From: Candidatus Iainarchaeum sp.
GTDB lineage: Archaea; Iainarchaeota; Iainarchaeia; Iainarchaeales; 0-14-0-20-34-12
Reading direction: 5' to 3'
DNA: 20,596 nucleotides
Assembly (NCBI GenBank): GCA_030649345.1
Contig: JAUSKK010000003.1
Coordinates: 1 to 20,596, forward strand
The first letter of the stretch is position 1; each line of letters begins with the position of its first letter. The notes beneath the pieces are model-generated. The model was not told where the DNA came from. It searched no databases and worked only from the letters and a program-made list of their open reading frames with translations. The position numbers were made by a program, and so were the translations under genes. This document shows, piece by piece, positions 1 through 8,052 of this stretch.

Positions 1-10
1 CCGTAAACGA

Positions 11-30
11 TTTTTTGCGTTAGCAAAAAA
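11..30. other. Perfect 8-bp hairpin (TTTTTTGC-GTTA-GCAAAAAA) at the window edge; possible bidirectional terminator-like element or part of a structured RNA
   Basis: Read directly: nt 11-18 'ttttttgc' pairs perfectly with nt 23-30 'gcaaaaaa' around the 4-nt loop 'gtta'. The adjacent 31-98 segment is visibly more GC-rich than the surrounding DNA. Confidence 0.3.
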
Positions 31-213
31 GGGTTTCCGCAAGCTCGCATTCTCTCTGGGGCGCATAAAATTACCTGTCCAGGTTATACTACGGGGCCTA
101 TTTTTGTGTTTCAAAAATATTTTCGATTTTGCGCCAAGGTAATAAAGATTTTATGTTATCAAATCTTTTTATATGCTTTGGATTGTGGCTACCGATTTCG
201 TCTATCCATTTTT

Positions 214-1134
214 TTATTTTACTAATATAATTGTTTCTCCGCCGTGAATAATAAAACTATTCTCAGATTGAGCAACGTAAATTCCTTTTTGTTCTCGTAA
301 AACAGGAAAAGCGCGAATGCATTTGGCTTGAAGTAATTCTTTCAGTCCAGTTTTTCTAGAAAAATCTCCTAATTTTAATTCTTGTTCAATCCAGCGTTCA
401 GCAAAAGGCAAGCCTTGGTATTTTTCAATAACATGTTCCAAGATTTTGCGTGCCTGGGCACTTCGTACATTTCGTACTTCATTTTCTTGAAAAATTTCTG
501 CTCCGCTAGCTTCACTGACATATCCTTTTCCTGTACTTACAAATGGTTCTATTGCATAGGCTTTTTCTTCTTCTATTTTTGCTCCACCTATTTTTGCAAT
601 ATTCGGAATACTAGGGGGCACGTGCTGATTGTACTGACCCAATCCATGGCCCATTAAATTTTCCACTGGATTAAATCCTGCACTTTTAATTTCAGCTTCA
701 ATCACTTTTCCGATTTCTCCAACAAGCATTCCAATTTTTACAGTTTCTAAAGCAGTTTGTAATGCTTTTTCAGAAGTTTGAATTAATTTATTCCATTGTC
801 CGGAAGCATTAAATGAAAATGCACTGTCTGCCAAATAACCTTCTACACTAACCCCAATGTCTACTTTGACTAAGTCTTCTTTTCCTAAAATTCGTTCATC
901 TTGCCATGCAGGCGTATCATGGGCTGCATCTTGGTTAATGCTTAAATTCACTGGCCAAGCTGGAAAACCTTTTTCTTTAATGATAAAATCTTCTATTTTT
1001 TGAGCTATTTCCAGCAATTTAGTGCCTGGTTTTAGTAATTCCAAGGCCTTTTTCTGGGCCTTTCGTGCTATTTTTCCAGCCAATATGTGCTTTTCTAAGA
1101 TTTCATGTTCGATGGTCTCACCAATATAATTCAT
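214..1134 (-). CDS. map: Methionine aminopeptidase, type 2 (archaeal/eukaryotic-like, M24A)
   Basis: 306-aa ORF with an M24 pita-bread metal-ligand pattern (VKVDIGVSVEGYLADSAFS ... GHGLG ... AIEPF ... SENSF). It also has the helical insert 'YQGLPFAERWI' typical of type-2 MetAP. The length matches archaeal MetAPs. Confidence 0.9.
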   Translation of the reverse strand: MNYIGETIEHEILEKHILAGKIARKAQKKALELLKPGTKLLEIAQKIEDFIIKEKGFPAWPVNLSINQDAAHDTPAWQDERILGKEDLVKVDIGVSVEGYLADSAFSFNASGQWNKLIQTSEKALQTALETVKIGMLVGEIGKVIEAEIKSAGFNPVENLMGHGLGQYNQHVPPSIPNIAKIGGAKIEEEKAYAIEPFVSTGKGYVSEASGAEIFQENEVRNVRSAQARKILEHVIEKYQGLPFAERWIEQELKLGDFSRKTGLKELLQAKCIRAFPVLREQKGIYVAQSENSFIIHGGETIILVK

Positions 1135-1235
1135 TAATAGTACTGCTAAAAAGACTGTGTTTGAGAGGTTTTAAAATGGTAATGCAGACAGTAAACAGTA
1201 GGGCTATTTTTTAAAGAATTAGGCTTTTAGCAGAA

Positions 1236-1448
1236 CTATTGGTTGACTAAGTTTTCTAAGTCGTTTAAGTCTTGGCTGATTGCATTTAATTCTGTTCCAA
1301 TGGTTTGACTGGCTTCTTGGGCTTGTTGTTCGTTGGATACTTCTTTTATTTCCGTTAACCCATTTCCTGTATTGGTTGAATTGTTTGTGCATCCAGTTGA
1401 AACTAAAACTAGAATAAGAATTCCAATTAAAATAATTTTTTCTTTCAT
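1236..1448 (-). CDS. Small secreted or lipoprotein-like protein, unknown function
   Basis: 70-aa ORF 6 nt downstream of the DsbA-like gene on the same strand. It has an N-terminal signal peptide with a lipobox-like 'LVSTGC', then a polar/acidic helix-prone tail. No family recognised. Confidence 0.5.
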   Translation of the reverse strand: MKEKIILIGILILVLVSTGCTNNSTNTGNGLTEIKEVSNEQQAQEASQTIGTELNAISQDLNDLENLVNQ

Positions 1449-1454
1449 AGTAAT

Positions 1455-3224
1455 TTATCCTAGAATTGAAAATGCAATTTGAGTCAATCCTTGTTTGATG
1501 GCTTGAATGGTTTGATTTACCAATTCTACAGTTTCATTGGTGAACTGGTTTCCATTGGCTTGAGCTGTTTCTTTTATTTTGTTTTTATTTTCAACCATTA
1601 CATTAATTAATTCTTGGAATTGTTCTTGGACTGTTTTCCAAGCTTCATATTTAGGTGAATTAACTGACTGATAATAATTCATAATTTTTTCTGCCTGTGC
1701 TTCAAGTTTTTCAAATCGAATGCTTAAGTTTTCTAATTTGAATAATAATGCAATCATTTTTTCGCTGGTATCTTCTGAACTATTTTCTTGAGGATCTCCT
1801 TTGTAGGGTGTAGGCTCGTTCGATGGTTCTTTAGGATATCCTTGGGTGGGTGTTGTTTTTCCTTCAATAAAATCTACAAAACTTGCAAACGGCTGGGCTC
1901 CTACAATTTTTTTTCCATTAATAATAAATCCTGGAGTTCCATCAATGCCTGCTTGCATTCCTTCTTGATAATCTGCTTGCACCAATGATTTTTTGTTTCC
2001 ATTTTGAATACATTCTTGAAAAGTATACGTAATTATTCCAGTTGAATCTGCGTATTCTTTAAATTTTTCAATTGGATTGCTTAAGTTAGCCCAATCGTTT
2101 TGGTTTTGGAATAATAAATCATGAAATTCTGAAAATTTTTCTTGATCGCGTGCACATTCACTGGCCTCAGCAGCTATTTCTGCATTGGAATGAAACTGTA
2201 AAGGAAAATGTTTGAATTCATATTTGAATTTTTCTCCGTATCTTGCTTTCAATTGAGGCAAAGTTTGATCAAAAAATATTTTACAAAAAGGGCATTGGAA
2301 ATCTGAATATTCTATAAATTCAATTTCTCCTAAATTTTTCGGCACTGGGCCTAGAGTTTGAGTATTTTCAGTTCCTGATTCTGGTGGCTGTACTATGGGC
2401 GTAGGTTCTGTTTGAGGTACTGGCTGAGTTGTTGTAGTTTCTTGAGTGGGTGCCGGAGTTGCAGTTCCTTGTTCAGTTGTAGTATTGTTAATTACATGCC
2501 GGCCGCTTACATAACCTGATCCTGGTTGAGGCCCATTCTCTAAGTTTTGCACATATGTTGTTGCAACTTTAATAACATAATCTCCGTCTGGAACTTGTGT
2601 TGAATCCCAAGCATACACACATTGCCATGCACTGAATGGTGGTTCAACTGGCGGCTGACTACAGGTTAATTGTGTAATTGTATTCCATTGACTTAAATCA
2701 AATTCTGCAATTGTGTATGTCTGAAAATTATTCACATGATGCGCTTTCAGAATATAGGTCATGCTTTGCGCAGGTGGATTTAAACTGCCGCCTACTTTAA
2801 TTTCAAATATTCCTTGAATGCGTTGATTGGCTGTATATACATCTTGAATGCTGTAGGCTGCGGTTGTTTCAAAAATTGTAATTTCTCCGTTTGTATTGGT
2901 GCGTGTAACTCGAATAGTGTAATCTTCATTGGGTACATTGGTTGACCAGCCATACGTACATTTGGGTGGTTCATTTCCAACATATCCGCAATTTACATTG
3001 GGATTGCTTTTTCCATTGTTTACTTCAATGGTTTCAACTAAGTAGGCTTGCCGATCGCTTACACGAACAGCTTCTAGGGTAATTGTTTGATTTTCATTTA
3101 AATTCGAAATTCCTAAATCCACACCAAGCCAATTGGTTACTGATTGTGTTCCTGCTCCAGCATAAACTTGGGTTAAAAAAAATGTGAAAAATAACAAAGT
3201 TAAAAATTTTATTTTGGCTTGCAT
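1455..3224 (-). CDS. Secreted multi-domain DsbA-like thiol:disulfide oxidoreductase (thioredoxin fold, CPFC active site)
   Basis: 589-aa ORF with a signal peptide (MQAKIKFLTLLFFTFFLTQVYAGAG). Two internal ~110-aa repeats each carry a Cys pair (CGYVGNEPPKCTYGWSTNVPNEDYTIRV / CSQPPVEPPFSAWQCVYAWDSTQVPDGDYVIKV). A Thr/Pro-rich linker leads to a DsbA/thioredoxin-like domain ('EYSDFQCPFCKIF ... GTPGFIINGKKIVGAQP', CPFC at nt 2283-2294). The C-terminus is a helical, coiled-coil-like tail. Confidence 0.8.
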   Translation of the reverse strand: MQAKIKFLTLLFFTFFLTQVYAGAGTQSVTNWLGVDLGISNLNENQTITLEAVRVSDRQAYLVETIEVNNGKSNPNVNCGYVGNEPPKCTYGWSTNVPNEDYTIRVTRTNTNGEITIFETTAAYSIQDVYTANQRIQGIFEIKVGGSLNPPAQSMTYILKAHHVNNFQTYTIAEFDLSQWNTITQLTCSQPPVEPPFSAWQCVYAWDSTQVPDGDYVIKVATTYVQNLENGPQPGSGYVSGRHVINNTTTEQGTATPAPTQETTTTQPVPQTEPTPIVQPPESGTENTQTLGPVPKNLGEIEFIEYSDFQCPFCKIFFDQTLPQLKARYGEKFKYEFKHFPLQFHSNAEIAAEASECARDQEKFSEFHDLLFQNQNDWANLSNPIEKFKEYADSTGIITYTFQECIQNGNKKSLVQADYQEGMQAGIDGTPGFIINGKKIVGAQPFASFVDFIEGKTTPTQGYPKEPSNEPTPYKGDPQENSSEDTSEKMIALLFKLENLSIRFEKLEAQAEKIMNYYQSVNSPKYEAWKTVQEQFQELINVMVENKNKIKETAQANGNQFTNETVELVNQTIQAIKQGLTQIAFSILG

Positions 3225-3241
3225 ATCAATCTCTTCCTATT

Positions 3242-3253
3242 AGTCCTTTTTAA
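3242..3253 (-). promoter_or_regulatory. TATA-box-like element 'TTAAAAAGGACT' upstream of the DsbA-like gene
   Basis: The minus-strand sequence TTAAAAAGGACT lies about 18-29 nt upstream of the ATG at 3224. The identical 12-mer occurs upstream of the 5804 gene. The position fits an archaeal TATA box with a leaderless or very short-leader mRNA. Confidence 0.4.
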
Positions 3254-3289
3254 GCTTTGCATTAAGTTCGGTTTTTTACGTTTGGTTTT

Positions 3290-5713
3290 CTATCCAAAAA
3301 AATGACTTAATGTTTTTTGTTTTCCGCCATGAATTAAGTCTTCTTCTGTATAACCTAACTCATTGATGATTTTGATGACTGCCGGCAATACTTGGTTTTG
3401 AATATAGTAATCCGAATCATAATTTCCTTCTTTTACAAATTCGCTTAATTCAGCTCGATCGCTAATGCTTTTTCCGTTTCTTGTAATAATGTATTCCAAT
3501 ACTGAACCTACTTCAATGCGCACTCCTTTGGCTTGGGCTTTCTTGGCCGCAGCTACATGCGGTCCAATACTTTCATAACTTTTTAACGGCCTTTTAATTT
3601 GAGTATAAATTTTCAAATCTTCTTTCAAAACTTTTCCGTCTTTTAATTCTTGAATGGCTTTTTTTACAATCTGAATTGCTTTTTGAGTATCTCCTTCTTT
3701 GAGCACAGCTTCCAATACCTCTTTTTGGGTTCTCTTAGCAATATTCGACCAATCTCTGCGTACATACTCAAAGCCTACAATCTTCAAATTTCCTTTATGA
3801 TCCATTAATGCATATTTTTTCTTGGCTGCTTCTTCGGTTCCTTTTTTTCCAACAAATATTCCGCGCTTGTAAAAATTTTCAATTTCCAAATTCATATTTC
3901 CTGGTAATTTTTCATTAATTTGTTCTACAAATTTTCTTACATCTTCCTGCGTTTTGGTTTCTGGAATTTTTAAAAAAACAGAATCTGTGTCTCCATATAA
4001 ACTTTTATAGCCTTCAATTTCTGCTTGTTCAGCTACCCATTTCACATACTGTTGACTGTATGCAGTTACTGCGCGTGCACATTCATACGAATACCATCTA
4101 AAGCGGGCGTATCCTAGAGTTCCATAAAAAGAGTTTAGTAAAATTTTTTGACTGTATTGCCGTGCATATAATTTGTTGTATTCTAAAGAATCTTTTTTCA
4201 AGTCTTTTAATTTTCGTTTGAGTTCAATTCGTTTGTTGAAAAGTTCTTCGAGAATGCTAGAAAGCATTCCTTTTCGTTGGGTGCAAAAATAATGATTGGT
4301 CGGCGCTTTATTTTTTTCTTCGCATTCTTTGTGTTTGCAATCCAATGTATCTGCACTGATATTGTGAGAAATCATGATGGTGGGATGCAATGAACTAAAA
4401 TCTAATACAACCATGTTTTCATGCAATCCGTGTTCGGGCTCTTTTACAAATCCGCCTTCATAGGATTGCAGCATTCGCTGGCCAATGGTTCCTTCTTCCG
4501 GTAAATTGGGCAGTAAAATATTTTGTTCAAAACTTTTATTGATTAACAATTGTTCAACCAAAATTCCTGCACTGGCTCGCGTAACCTCAAATAATGGCAT
4601 GCGGACAATTTTTCCCAACTCAATCCAAGTCAGCAAATATTCTTTGGCAATTCGATACGTTGCCCGTGAATCTTCTAAATTGTAATCTGCCAATCGTTCC
4701 AAATTTTTTCCAGTTTCCCAAATTTGGTTAATTTCAGTTGCTTTGACTTTTTCTTTTTTTTCTCCAAACAAAGCTTCATTGACAGATTCTAAATCATACT
4801 TGATTAAGTTGACTACACCGAAGCGTGCCAAGATTTTGGTTAATTCATATACATCTACATGTTCTAAGCCGTTGATTTCAACTACATTTTCTTGCCCTCT
4901 GCGTTTAATGTTGGGCTGACTATTTTCGCATCCAATGCCTACATTGACTTTGAGTTTTTCTCCTCTGGTTTTAATATAAGGCAGATCAAAACTATCTCCA
5001 TTGTAGGTACCAATAACGTCTAATTTTTGTTCTCGGATAGTCTCAATTAATTTTTCCAACAATTCTTTTTCGTTTTTTACCAGCACAGCATAATCTCTAT
5101 TTACTTTTTTTTCTGCCCAAATAATTTCTTTTTCTTCATCTACATACGATGCCATCAAGATAGGATCTAGTTCTGGATTTGAAAAGCGATCCGGCGAGTG
5201 AGTTTCTAAATCAAAGCATCCAATTCGTAAATCTAATTTTGCAGGTTCTTCTTGTTTTATTTCTAGTAATTCCATAGTTTCGGAATCGTACTTTACTGTG
5301 ACTTCATTTAATGGAATCAGTCCAGAATCTACTCTGTATCGTTTGGCAAACGGCATATCGTATTCTCGGCGTTCTCGAACAAATTCAAATTGCATGACTG
5401 CATCCCGTGCGCTTTTCAATTCTGCCGTAGAATTAAAAATTAATTTTAATACCGGAATTTCGTTTTGTTCTGGGCTTAGTTTTTTTTGCACTATTTGAAT
5501 ATCTTGAATTTTGAATTCTGCAAATTTTTTTTCCATGATTTCTTTTTTTCGTTTTTCAGGCTGGTCTACTATGATGTAAAAATAAGGTTTGAATTTTGGA
5601 TCTCGGAAAGCATAGCTTGTTTGATGGTTTTTAACAAAAATTCGAATCACTGAATTTTGCCCTTCTTGCTGGTAGTCTGCATTAAAAAAAATGCCTTTTA
5701 CAACTGTATTCAT
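3290..5713 (-). CDS. polB: Family-B DNA polymerase, archaeal type, intein-free
   Basis: 807-aa ORF with the full motif set. Exo I 'CFDLETHS', Exo II 'YNGDSFDLPY', Exo III 'YNLEDSRATY'. Pol motif A 'LDFSSLHPT', motif B 'KILLNSFYGTLGY', motif C 'YGDTDSVF', and 'AKKKYA'. The length leaves no room for inteins or a protein-primed-type insertion. Confidence 0.95.
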   Translation of the reverse strand: MNTVVKGIFFNADYQQEGQNSVIRIFVKNHQTSYAFRDPKFKPYFYIIVDQPEKRKKEIMEKKFAEFKIQDIQIVQKKLSPEQNEIPVLKLIFNSTAELKSARDAVMQFEFVRERREYDMPFAKRYRVDSGLIPLNEVTVKYDSETMELLEIKQEEPAKLDLRIGCFDLETHSPDRFSNPELDPILMASYVDEEKEIIWAEKKVNRDYAVLVKNEKELLEKLIETIREQKLDVIGTYNGDSFDLPYIKTRGEKLKVNVGIGCENSQPNIKRRGQENVVEINGLEHVDVYELTKILARFGVVNLIKYDLESVNEALFGEKKEKVKATEINQIWETGKNLERLADYNLEDSRATYRIAKEYLLTWIELGKIVRMPLFEVTRASAGILVEQLLINKSFEQNILLPNLPEEGTIGQRMLQSYEGGFVKEPEHGLHENMVVLDFSSLHPTIMISHNISADTLDCKHKECEEKNKAPTNHYFCTQRKGMLSSILEELFNKRIELKRKLKDLKKDSLEYNKLYARQYSQKILLNSFYGTLGYARFRWYSYECARAVTAYSQQYVKWVAEQAEIEGYKSLYGDTDSVFLKIPETKTQEDVRKFVEQINEKLPGNMNLEIENFYKRGIFVGKKGTEEAAKKKYALMDHKGNLKIVGFEYVRRDWSNIAKRTQKEVLEAVLKEGDTQKAIQIVKKAIQELKDGKVLKEDLKIYTQIKRPLKSYESIGPHVAAAKKAQAKGVRIEVGSVLEYIITRNGKSISDRAELSEFVKEGNYDSDYYIQNQVLPAVIKIINELGYTEEDLIHGGKQKTLSHFFG

Positions 5714-5764
5714 CTATAGGTGCTTTGCTGAAAACCATTAAAAACAGCTCTTTCAATTAGGCTT

Positions 5765-5776
5765 TTAAAAAGGACT
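5765..5776 (+). promoter_or_regulatory. TATA-box-like element 'TTAAAAAGGACT' upstream of the 5804 gene, in the region divergent from polB
   Basis: The same 12-mer as at 3242-3253 (minus strand), 28-39 nt upstream of the ATG at 5804. Confidence 0.4.
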
Positions 5777-5803
5777 TGTGTTTAATTATTTACGGTTATT
5801 GGA

Positions 5804-6340
5804 ATGCCTGGAGATAGACTTATTCGAAGACATGAACGCAGACCTATGGGCCCGGGCGTTTCTTCTCAGAACATGCCTTCAGGAATGCCTTCTTTTGAAC
5901 CGACCGATCGCCAAAAACCAGAAGTAGTTATTTCTTTAATGAAAAACGATATCCGTGCTTTGAATAGTGCTATTGCAATTATTTCTCAAAAAATGAAACA
6001 CTTAATTCGAAATGAAAAAATCTTAGGCCGAAATTTAGTTGTATTAAATAAAAAACTCCAGCAAGGAGTTTATTCCAAAGGCCCTGAAGGATCCTCTGGA
6101 TCTTCTTCGGAAGACCTTCAAGCTTTAACTGTTCAACTGGAAAAACAAAACCAAGAAATTCAATCTTTATCTAATCTAATGGCTGAACTGCGTACTTCGC
6201 TGGCTTCCCGCGAAGAAGTCTTGGAATTACGTCATGTAATTGATTCCATTAATCCTTTAGAATTTACGACCCGCGATGATGTCAAAGAATTAATTGCATT
6301 GGCTTTCGAAAAGAAAAAAACAATTGCTAAAGAAAAATAA
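5804..6340 (+). CDS. Hypothetical coiled-coil protein with a disordered basic/Pro-rich N-terminus
   Basis: 178-aa ORF with an ATG start. The N-terminal ~40 aa are low complexity (RRHERRPMGPGVSSQNMPSGMPS), followed by heptad-like helices (LQALTVQLEKQNQEIQSLSNLMAELRTSLASREEVLELR). No family recognised. Confidence 0.6.
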   Translation: MPGDRLIRRHERRPMGPGVSSQNMPSGMPSFEPTDRQKPEVVISLMKNDIRALNSAIAIISQKMKHLIRNEKILGRNLVVLNKKLQQGVYSKGPEGSSGSSSEDLQALTVQLEKQNQEIQSLSNLMAELRTSLASREEVLELRHVIDSINPLEFTTRDDVKELIALAFEKKKTIAKEK

Positions 6341-6360
6341 TTTCAAATCTCATATTCTTT

Positions 6361-7878
6361 TTAAATGTCAATTATTTCAACCAAGTTTTCTGTTTCACTG
6401 CTTAAGCTTGGGCGAATAAAACAACGATAACTTTTTTGTCCTTGAATTTGAATGGCTGCATCGTTTTCTTTCACCAAGGATACAATCGCACTTGTTTTGG
6501 TTTTTGCTTGTTCTGAAATTTCGTTTTCATTTTCTGCTTCCAAAATAACTCCTTTGTTTTTGCTTTGCAGTTTTCCCAAACTGTCTTGGATGGCTTGCAA
6601 GGTTGTGCTGAACTGTTCACTGGAAAGAATGTGTTCTGCTTTCGGTAAAACGATTACCAAGTCACTGGTTTCTTTTCCGCTTTCATATAATTCCAGCAAT
6701 TCTTTAAGTATGCTTTCAATAATCAAACTGTTTTTTCGGTAATCTTTGGATCGCAAACTAATAATATTGGCGCGGCCCAATGTTTTATGTGCTGCCTTTA
6801 AAATTTCGGAGACATTATTTCCATCGCCTAATATTTCTGGATATACTTGGTCTATGACTCGAAGCATTCGCACCATTCTTTGTTTGTTAAAATCACTGAA
6901 TGTTTCTGTAGTCGGCATTTTTTCAGCATTTGAAATTAATTCAGTCATGGACGTAAACTTTTTTTGATTTAGCAAGTTCACTATTTCTTTTTTGATTTTT
7001 TCATTTTCTATTCCAAACAATTCTGCAAAACCTAAGCCATCTATTTTTCCTAAATTAATTCGAATGTCTTTAATGATTTCGAATGTTTTGGTTGGAAACC
7101 CTAAAGGTTCTAAATCTACTTTGTATTTTTCAAGTTTTTTCCGGTCTTTGCTTGGATTTCCTAAACCGGAAAATTCGCTTTCAAATTCAAAAGCAATGAC
7201 TGGAATGCGGGACAACAATGCACTTTCAGTTAATACGCGCAAGGCATGAATTCTATTTTTTCGTTCTCCACCGACTACCAAGGCTGACTTAAAATAAGCA
7301 AACGGTTCTTTGATTCCTGTGCCTTCTTTGGTGATTCCAATAATTGTTTCTCCTATGCTGATTGTTTTTTCGACTATGCTTTTTTCAACATGAATGGTTT
7401 GCTTGGCTGTAAAAATTAAATGAATCAATGGAGTAGAATAAAACAATTCTTTTTCTTCACTGCTGCATTCTTTTAATTTTTTTAATTCAACTTCAAAAGC
7501 TATGCTGCTTTCTTGAATGGCTTTTCCGCGTTCTTCTAGTCTTTGAATCATTTCTTGCACTTCTTGATTAATCGCTGATTCATTGTACGAAACATAACTG
7601 GCTGTAGTGCTGAACATTAAATATTTTTCAACTTTTTCTCCTTTTACAATTAAACCTAAAGCTTTTCCTTTTTGTCCTTCCAGCAATCGTTCTAAATCTC
7701 CTTGAACAGAATACACCAAAAAACATTCCATTAATACGCCTAGCTTTTTTCCTTTTTCTTCATCATTGACTAAAGAAAGAATGAATTCTTCATTGCTGGA
7801 CAATAATTCTGAAAAATGTCCTTCCAATTGTCCGGAAAAAATGTTTTTCCACGGGCCTTGTGCTAGTTTAAAATCCAT
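6361..7878 (-). CDS. HerA/DUF87-like P-loop-fold protein with degenerate Walker A/B motifs (predicted catalytically inactive); tentative
   Basis: 505-aa ORF. 'ALVVGGERKNRIHALRVLTESALLSRIPVIAFEFESEF' has the strand / P-loop / helix / strand-'DxxGEY' layout of HerA/FtsK-type ATPases, but GxxGxGK[ST] is replaced by GGERKNR. 'LVIVLPKAEHIL' sits where Walker B (hhhhDEAH) would be, without the acidic pair. No canonical GK[ST] occurs anywhere in the protein. Confidence 0.4.
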   Translation of the reverse strand: MDFKLAQGPWKNIFSGQLEGHFSELLSSNEEFILSLVNDEEKGKKLGVLMECFLVYSVQGDLERLLEGQKGKALGLIVKGEKVEKYLMFSTTASYVSYNESAINQEVQEMIQRLEERGKAIQESSIAFEVELKKLKECSSEEKELFYSTPLIHLIFTAKQTIHVEKSIVEKTISIGETIIGITKEGTGIKEPFAYFKSALVVGGERKNRIHALRVLTESALLSRIPVIAFEFESEFSGLGNPSKDRKKLEKYKVDLEPLGFPTKTFEIIKDIRINLGKIDGLGFAELFGIENEKIKKEIVNLLNQKKFTSMTELISNAEKMPTTETFSDFNKQRMVRMLRVIDQVYPEILGDGNNVSEILKAAHKTLGRANIISLRSKDYRKNSLIIESILKELLELYESGKETSDLVIVLPKAEHILSSEQFSTTLQAIQDSLGKLQSKNKGVILEAENENEISEQAKTKTSAIVSLVKENDAAIQIQGQKSYRCFIRPSLSSETENLVEIIDI

Positions 7879-7986
7879 TTAAAACTCCTTTGGGCGTTTT
7901 AAAATTTTCAAAACCCCTTGTTTTGAATCCATTTAAAATCCTCTGGATTTTAAAATTTTTAAAATTTTCAATTTTAAATCCATCAT
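7867..7986 (-). repeat. Degenerate tandem repeat (periods 54 and 51 nt) in the divergent promoter region; it creates two mini-ORFs abutting the 6361-7878 start codon
   Basis: The unit 'tttaaaatccatttaaaactcctttgggcgttttaaaattttcaaaa' (from 7867) recurs as 'ttttgaatccatttaaaatcctctggattttaaaatttttaaaa' (from 7921), and its start recurs as 'attttaaatccat' (from 7971). Minus-strand translation gives MDLKLKILKILKSRGF* (7983-7933), then MDSKQGVLKILKRPKEF* (7932-7879), then the main ORF MDFKLAQGPW... (7878 downward). Confidence 0.7.
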
Positions 7987-8021
7987 ATCACTTGTTCAGA
8001 ACCATTAAATACTTGAATTTG

Positions 8022-8033
8022 TTTATATATATT
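8022..8033 (+). promoter_or_regulatory. TATA-like box 'TTTATATATATT' upstream of the 8053/8062 gene
   Basis: A/T-only 12-mer about 30-40 nt upstream of the ATG at 8062. Confidence 0.35.
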
Positions 8034-8052
8034 AAATTCTATTATTAATAAT

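Noticed and set aside
1-98. Calling a tRNA gene on the minus strand
   Set aside because: Only the acceptor 5' strand and a D-loop-like stretch fit. The D-stem closes only if an ~11-nt insertion is assumed, I found no anticodon stem-loop or T-arm, and the 3' acceptor strand is not in the window. It is kept only as a low-interest finding.
382-657. 91-aa plus-strand ORF inside map, and similar short antisense ORFs in the DsbA-like gene, polB and the HerA-like gene (1788-1988, 2792-2983, 4485-4685, 5298-5498, 6452-7249)
   Set aside because: They overlap genes with strong motif support on the opposite strand or in another frame, and they carry no motifs of their own.
3290-5713. PolB as a viral or plasmid protein-primed polymerase, or as intein-containing
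   Set aside because: The length (807 aa), the N-terminal domain and the contiguous Exo I-III and Pol A-C motifs fit a cellular archaeal replicative-type PolB. No TPR-like insertions or Hint/endonuclease blocks interrupt the motifs.
7867-7986. CRISPR array or minisatellite interpretation of the tandem repeat
   Set aside because: There are only about 2.3 degenerate copies and no unique spacers between conserved repeats. The repeat is extremely A/T-rich and overlaps a start codon and promoter, so it is not CRISPR-like.
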